In this document: positions 37,001 through 39,953 of the stretch, piece after piece
Numbering within the stretch: the first letter of the stretch is position 1
How the letters are laid out: every line of letters starts with the position of its first letter
Source: Octopus bimaculoides
Taxonomy: Eukaryota
Assembly (NCBI RefSeq): GCF_001194135.2
Contig: NC_069004.1
Coordinates: forward strand, 35,891,794-35,931,746
Direction: 5' to 3'
DNA length: 39,953 nucleotides
The notes under the pieces: generated by a model
The model's input: the letters and a program-made list of their open reading frames with translations, nothing else
Database searches by the model: none
Told to the model about the DNA's origin: nothing
Program-made: the position numbers and the translations under genes

Positions 37001-37290
37001 CACAGTATTGCAGTTCTAATGCAAACATCATACGATCTGCCCTTCAAGGAGACAAAAAAGGACTTTGTTTCCAACAGTAGTAGTAACCCCTTCAACTTTT
37101 TCCAACCCATTTTTACTCTGGCTATTATACTTTCAGAGAAACCACTTCCACTGGTAATTATGTCTCCTAGGTAACAAAAGCTATTGACTATTACAACAAA
37201 CCAACCTTTACGTCTGGTAGTGACATCTGAGCTTAAAGTTTCCTGGAGATAATTAGCAAGGGTGATTAAATTTCCTTCAGTCACCTCCAT
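9025..37290 (-). CDS. CSE1L: Exportin-2 / CSE1L (importin-alpha re-exporter), 26 coding exons, 2901 nt, 966 aa
   Basis: Spliced translation is colinear with CSE1L from start to end: [110 protein letters not shown]. All introns end in AG and 24 of 25 start with GT; phases join with no internal stop. Confidence 0.97.
9785..9968 (+). mobile_element. tRNA-derived SINE copy
   Basis: ggcaagctgggcaaagtgcttagc...gagttcaaattccacc...gactttgcc...gatgtaatcgact. Confidence 0.75.
10489..10622 (-). CDS. CSE1L: CSE1L coding exon 25 ([44 protein letters not shown])
   Basis: ttgcag|GT...AGA|gtaagt; 134 nt. Confidence 0.94.
10933..11076. mobile_element. hAT (Charlie-like) MITE, 144 bp
   Basis: TIRs CAGTGGTTCCCAA / TTGGGAACTACTG; identical 8-bp TSD ATCTAATC at 10925-10932 and 11077-11084. 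Confidence 0.9.
11457..11554 (-). CDS. CSE1L: CSE1L coding exon 24 ([33 protein letters not shown])
   Basis: atgtag|G GCC...CCA G|gtaacc; 98 nt. Confidence 0.95.
11585..12066 (-). mobile_element. Two SINE copies (about 11585-11700 partial and 11880-12066)
   Basis: Reverse complement of the SINE at 560-755 (ggtacttattttatcgacccc, aaggatgaaag, gaatttgaac). Confidence 0.7.
12112..12360 (+). mobile_element. RTE-clade LINE reverse-transcriptase fragment
   Basis: [23 protein letters not shown]...[26 protein letters not shown], with the RT motifs QGxxLSP and YADD. Confidence 0.9.
12520..12835 (-). mobile_element. SINE copies (about 12520-12690 and 12745-12835)
   Basis: Same motifs as the other SINEs, reverse orientation. 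Confidence 0.7.
13071..13214 (-). CDS. CSE1L: CSE1L coding exon 23 ([48 protein letters not shown])
   Basis: gtttag|G ATG...CTT TG|gtaagt; 144 nt. Confidence 0.95.
13295..13450 (+). mobile_element. Second octopus-type SINE family, decayed copy
   Basis: gcaaccac..ggttcgattc...gtagatggaaattgaa..cacaca tail; related copies at about 16300-16510, 16570-16780, 33865-34030, 34850-35095, 37440-37600 and 38070-38230. Confidence 0.6.
13455..14150 (-). mobile_element. Tc1/mariner-superfamily transposase relic
   Basis: Broken minus-strand translation [57 protein letters not shown]. These resemble the mariner motifs VWC..S..GIIGP, QQDGAP, SPDL.PLDFFLWG and G.HFE. TIR-like cagaggatgttccaaa at about 13455. 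Confidence 0.75.
14150..14660 (+). mobile_element. RTE-type LINE 3' fragment
   Basis: Remnants [50 protein letters not shown]. Confidence 0.75.
14807..14888 (-). CDS. CSE1L: CSE1L coding exon 22 ([28 protein letters not shown])
   Basis: tatcag|GT...GCA AA|gtaagt; 82 nt. Confidence 0.92.
17167..17252 (-). CDS. CSE1L: CSE1L coding exon 21 ([29 protein letters not shown])
   Basis: tttcag|A...AAG A|gtaagt; 86 nt. Confidence 0.94.
17965..18170 (+). mobile_element. Interspersed SINE-type repeat fragment (family not assigned)
   Basis: cagccttgtcacactc..gagaactacgttaagggtacacgtgtctgtgga; resembles an abundant octopus repeat from memory. Confidence 0.5.
18540..18637 (-). CDS. CSE1L: CSE1L coding exon 20 ([32 protein letters not shown])
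   Basis: ttccag|AAT...CCA CA|gtaagt; 98 nt. Confidence 0.95.
18780..19153 (+). mobile_element. Octopus-type retroelement 3' end with (GAT)n tail abutting the exon 19 donor
   Basis: aggaaggacatccagctgtagaaacc...ccatgccagcatggac..gatgatgatg. Confidence 0.7.
19161..19357 (-). CDS. CSE1L: CSE1L coding exon 19 ([66 protein letters not shown])
   Basis: ttccag|AA...CTG|gtaact; 197 nt. Confidence 0.95.
20022..20172 (-). CDS. CSE1L: CSE1L coding exon 18 ([50 protein letters not shown])
   Basis: tttcag|AAC...CAA G|gtaggt; 151 nt. Confidence 0.95.
20290..21150 (-). mobile_element. Decayed RTE-clade LINE RT fragment
   Basis: Minus-strand [42 protein letters not shown]. Confidence 0.85.
21209..21306 (-). 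CDS. CSE1L: CSE1L coding exon 17 ([33 protein letters not shown])
   Basis: ctccag|CT...AAG|gtgagt; 98 nt. Confidence 0.94.
21571..21700 (+). mobile_element. Possible piggyBac-like MITE left end
   Basis: TTAA-CCCTTTAG start; the matching right end was not found. Confidence 0.3.
21955..22058 (-). CDS. CSE1L: CSE1L coding exon 16 ([34 protein letters not shown])
   Basis: ttgcag|G ATT...AAA G|gtaact; 104 nt. Confidence 0.93.
22610..22746 (-). CDS. CSE1L: CSE1L coding exon 15 ([46 protein letters not shown]), followed by a GC donor
   Basis: ttgcag|TTA...GCT AT|gcaagt; 137 nt; phase 2 is required by exon 16. Confidence 0.9.
23812..23873 (-). CDS. CSE1L: CSE1L coding exon 14 ([21 protein letters not shown])
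   Basis: tttcag|TC...CAG|gtaagt; 62 nt. Confidence 0.93.
24241..24325 (-). CDS. CSE1L: CSE1L coding exon 13 ([28 protein letters not shown])
   Basis: tttcag|CAT...GATG|gtgagt; 85 nt. Confidence 0.93.
24949..25106. repeat. Purine-only degenerate (GAA/AAAG)n repeat next to a gap
   Basis: Direct inspection; it explains the K/E/R-rich artefact ORFs. Confidence 0.9.
25366..25458 (-). CDS. CSE1L: CSE1L coding exon 12 ([31 protein letters not shown])
   Basis: tttcag|CAA...AAG|gtaaac; 93 nt. Confidence 0.94.
25484..25680. repeat. Compound (AG)n(TG)n(TA)n-gap-(A)n microsatellite filling most of coding intron 11
   Basis: Direct inspection. Confidence 0.9.
25741..25850 (-). CDS. CSE1L: CSE1L coding exon 11 ([37 protein letters not shown])
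   Basis: tggtag|AT...CAG|gtttgt; 110 nt. Confidence 0.94.
26540..26720 (-). mobile_element. Octopus-type repeat 3' end, reverse orientation
   Basis: catcatcctttaacgtccattttccatgttggcatgggttggacagtttgac. Confidence 0.7.
26995..27060 (-). CDS. CSE1L: CSE1L coding exon 10 ([22 protein letters not shown])
   Basis: aactag|CG...TCAG|gtgggt; 66 nt. Confidence 0.95.
27160..27335 (-). mobile_element. tRNA-derived SINE copy
   Basis: gactggtactttattttattgaccc..gatttgaactt..aataattctgcca. Confidence 0.65.
28140..28262. repeat. About 40-bp minisatellite, about 2.5 copies (gtaactgtatgagactgtgt...)
   Basis: Direct inspection. Confidence 0.7.
28400..28660 (-). mobile_element. CR1/Jockey-group LINE 3' end
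   Basis: Minus-strand [47 protein letters not shown], matching the CR1 C-terminal pattern RGH..KL...FFS.RV...WN.LP..VV......FK. Confidence 0.8.
28915..29044 (-). CDS. CSE1L: CSE1L coding exon 9 ([43 protein letters not shown])
   Basis: ttgcag|TTG...CGCA|gtgagt; 130 nt. Confidence 0.95.
29365..29547 (-). mobile_element. Octopus-type repeat 3' end running into a gap
   Basis: catttaatgtccagtttccatgctggcatgggttggacggtttgac...ttttttacgtggcacc. Confidence 0.7.
30415..30625 (+). mobile_element. SINE 3' part
   Basis: gtgctccagcatggccgcaatcaaatgactgaaacaaataaaagaataaaagaata tail. Confidence 0.65.
30637..30804 (-). CDS. CSE1L: CSE1L coding exon 8 ([56 protein letters not shown])
   Basis: gcacag|GAT...CTT|gttagt; 168 nt. 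Confidence 0.95.
31037..31129 (-). CDS. CSE1L: CSE1L coding exon 7 ([31 protein letters not shown])
   Basis: ttgtag|GAT...CAG|gtaaac; 93 nt. Confidence 0.94.
31625..31732 (-). CDS. CSE1L: CSE1L coding exon 6 ([36 protein letters not shown])
   Basis: ccctag|ACC...CAG|gtaagt; 108 nt. Confidence 0.94.
32422..32512 (-). CDS. CSE1L: CSE1L coding exon 5 ([30 protein letters not shown])
   Basis: ttccag|A...ATT|gtaaga; 91 nt. Confidence 0.95.
32667..33114. mobile_element. Fold-back/MITE-like element with about 140-bp inverted arms (about 32667-32805 and 32967-33114)
   Basis: tataaacaattacaaataagggcaaaagg...gaaaaataggctttaga...accacatataatatttttca...ccagcagaaatttt mirrored as the reverse complement. 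Confidence 0.8.
33569..33714 (-). CDS. CSE1L: CSE1L coding exon 4 ([49 protein letters not shown])
   Basis: tttcag|CTG...AG|gtaagt; 146 nt. Confidence 0.95.
34546..34647 (-). CDS. CSE1L: CSE1L coding exon 3 ([34 protein letters not shown])
   Basis: gacag|GTT...CAG|gtatgg; 102 nt; absent from the ORF track. Confidence 0.93.
35630..35772 (-). CDS. CSE1L: CSE1L coding exon 2 ([48 protein letters not shown])
   Basis: tttttcag|CT...CAG|gtattt; 143 nt. Confidence 0.95.
35960..36560. repeat. G/A-rich low-complexity tract
   Basis: Strong purine skew on +, with gatga/gaga units. Confidence 0.7.
37010..37195 (-). mobile_element. RTE-clade LINE fragment just inside CSE1L coding intron 1
   Basis: [39 protein letters not shown]...[15 protein letters not shown], homologous to the segment at 6660-6870. 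Confidence 0.85.
37206..37290 (-). CDS. CSE1L: CSE1L coding exon 1 ([28 protein letters not shown])
   Basis: ATG 37290; acceptor tttcag ends at 37300 (9 nt of 5' UTR); donor G|GTTGGT; 85 nt. Confidence 0.93.
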
Positions 37291-39953
37291 TGTGGATATC
37301 TGAAATTAGAGAAGAGAACAAACAAAATTGTGAGAGAGAAAACAATAAAGTTTAAAAAAAAAAAAATACTTTACTTTATTCCATGTCTTCATATGCTGAA
37401 TGGCTAAGCTACAGAATGCAAACACCACTGCTACTCAAGCAGTATCAATGTAAAGATATGCAGACATACACAACAAGCTTCCATACAAGGTACTAGTCAA
37501 CCAAGGTTGTAGTAGAAAATATTTGTTCAATGTGCATCTCAGTGGGATGGAACCTGAAACTCTATGGTTGAAAAGAGAGCTTCTTAACCACACAGCCATG
37601 TCCGTACCTTAAGTTACAGTTCCTTTATAAGCAGTTATTAGCTCTATAGTTGCAGCTGTGGTTGCGTGGTTAAGAAATTCTGGGTGTAACTAGAATAGTT
37701 ATCCTATTAAAAAAAAATCATCATCAGTCATCATTATTGGACTATTTGTGTTTGATCTGGGATTATCTGAATGACTTTAAGCATTGCTTCGAATGGCAAT
37801 TTCCAGTTGATTGGTGGAAAAAGAAAAATGTTTTTAATTTGAGTTGAGAAAAATTCTCAGCTGTAGGTAAATAATATATTAAGGCAGATGTTAAATGATG
37901 ATAATTTTAATATTGAAATTCTAATGAGGGAGATTCTAAGTGGTTGCCTTGCTTGCTAGAATAGTTAAATCTACCTTGTCATACATGACACTCTGAAATT
38001 AGTGAATATGCAGAGTGCAGCAGAAAAAGGTCCAAGATTCACCATTCTTGGCAAACATTTCTTCATCAAATGCACAGGCCTGACTGACTGGTAAGTAGTT
38101 TGCTTCCCAACCACATAGTACAGGGTTCAGTCTCACTGTTTGGTACCTTGGACAAGTGTCTTGTACTATAACCCCATGCTGACCAAAGCCTTGAATGGGT
38201 TTGGTAGGTAGAAACTGAAAGAAGCCTATCAAAAACTTTAAGTTTTCTTTGAGACTGACTGCATTGAAAAAGTAAAAACTATCTACAAATAATTGATATT
38301 TTTTTAATGCTAAAAATGAGTGTTCCTCTGCATTTTATCTAATTTCTGACTGATGTATATAGCTATAATTAAACTTTACAAGCTTATTCCACTTTCAGTT
38401 GTCATCATATTGAAACTCTTTAAATTTAAGTTGACTTATCAGAATCGAAAGGCATTTTTCAAAGAAAAAATTATTTAGGATATTTACGATTTTCTTTTGA
38501 AAAGAAAAATGTGTTATATCAAAGAAGAAGAAGAAATTGGAAAGAAGTTTCAAGTTAAAATTAAATTGGATGTACACAATATTTAAATGAAACACACTTC
38601 AAGATTCATAAAATAAATGAAGTTTGTGTCGTGAGCAGAAATGTACAACATACTGATGTGTCAAGAAGAGGCTTTCAAAGAAATGAGAAGTGTGTCAGCA
38701 GTGAAGGAAGTTGGAGCATTGGAAATCTGTGCAGAAATAAAGCCTAGAAGGAATGGCAACACTCCAAGATTGATAGAGGGAAGAATAGGAATTATCCTTC
38801 AGCATAGGTCCTGGCCCAGATGATTGCAAAAGAATGAGCTCCGTTAAAAGCACACAATGGCCAGGTTGTGTTAAACTAACAGACAAGATTAAATCTGCCA
38901 GCCAAGAACACAGTATGCAAAGAGCTGAAATAAATATGACAAAGTAACTAGATCGTAGAAGTAATCTTATCACTGGGTTTAACACCACCGCCGAACACCT
39001 TGGACGCATTCAGTCCAAGTCTCTCACCAATCTTAGAGGGGCAGTGCCTTCCCTCATGACCAAAAAGAGAAAAAAATCTCGTCCAGGGCCCTAAAAATTC
39101 CGACAATCCACCATTCTTGACTGGTACTTGATTTTTATCGACACTCCACTTCCGAAAAAAAACGAAATACAAAAACTGACTAAATCTTAAGAATTAATAA
39201 AATATAAACCAGTTATATATCAGCATCAACTCAATTGAAGGCGCCACATTTCAAAATGAATCACACGAATTCGCATGAATACATCTACAGGATCTGAAAT
39301 ATTTTCCATTTACTTTTTCCCCATGTATTCTTTCTGATGGATATTTCTTTGCGATGGCATGGCCGAAGCACCTAAGGATGTTATGATGCTGGGTAGCTAC
39401 TTATAATCTGCATTATGTAGCAATGGTGGGTGGGGGGCATCGGAATGTGTTGGAACTTTCAGTATTTAGCCCCGATGTCAAACCTGACCGAGATCTGCAG
39501 CCAAAGATGTTCCAGCCATGAAGAATTTATTCATCTGGGATCACAAGTTGTCGTAGTGATGGCAGCAAATTAGAGATTTGATCCCTGTTTCCTTCGTCTG
39601 TTCAGAGCGGTTGACGAAGAAGTGTGTTGTGATGTAAATTCACAACACTTTTCGTTCCTACGCAGAAGCGCCTTCACCGAATCATCTCCGGTGTCACAGA
39701 ACTCATTTTACAAATTCTATTCACTGTGTGTTTGTTCTTCCATTTGGTGGCCACTGACATCTGCCATCGCCAGATTTTAAGACTTTTTTCTTTTACATGT
39801 GACGAGGAATTTTCAAACCAAAATTCCATCTGAATTATCGAGGCAGAACACTTTTCATTTTGAATCAGATGCATTACAAACAAAGAAAATTTACATATGT
39901 GTGTGAGCTTACATATGCTCAATATAAATTTTAAAAAAAACAATGAAATAAGG

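Noticed and set aside
1-39953. CRISPR arrays, operons, rRNA or contaminating prokaryotic DNA
   Set aside because: No regularly spaced repeat-spacer array and no rRNA-like sequence; the whole window fits spliceosomal animal DNA

Overview
AT-rich, microsatellite- and SINE-dense eukaryotic DNA with five assembly gaps. It is most likely a cephalopod (Octopus-type), inferred from the repeat families; there are no prokaryotic features. Two convergent genes are present. (1) On the minus strand is a complete exportin-2/CSE1L gene: 26 coding exons from ATG 37290 to TAA 9025, 2901 nt, 966 aa by manual splicing with every exon phase compatible. One intron is GC-AG, and an upstream non-coding exon could not be located. 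(2) On the plus strand is an unrecognised gene (ATG 1288, stop 3941, broken by a 551-N gap). It encodes a signal-peptide-bearing, Cys-free, N/Q/R/P/F-rich protein of at least 699 aa with a furin site, repeated basic-site/Gln-aromatic motifs and a Tyr-rich tail. This is the best candidate for something undescribed, possibly a lineage-specific secreted precursor. The remainder is decayed RTE and CR1 LINEs, a mariner-type transposase relic, a hAT MITE with a perfect 8-bp TSD, tRNA-derived SINEs, two long inverted repeats (candidate dsRNA/ADAR substrates) and several degenerate Penelope-type minimal hammerhead motifs between the two genes. Coordinates were counted by hand; repeat boundaries are approximate.
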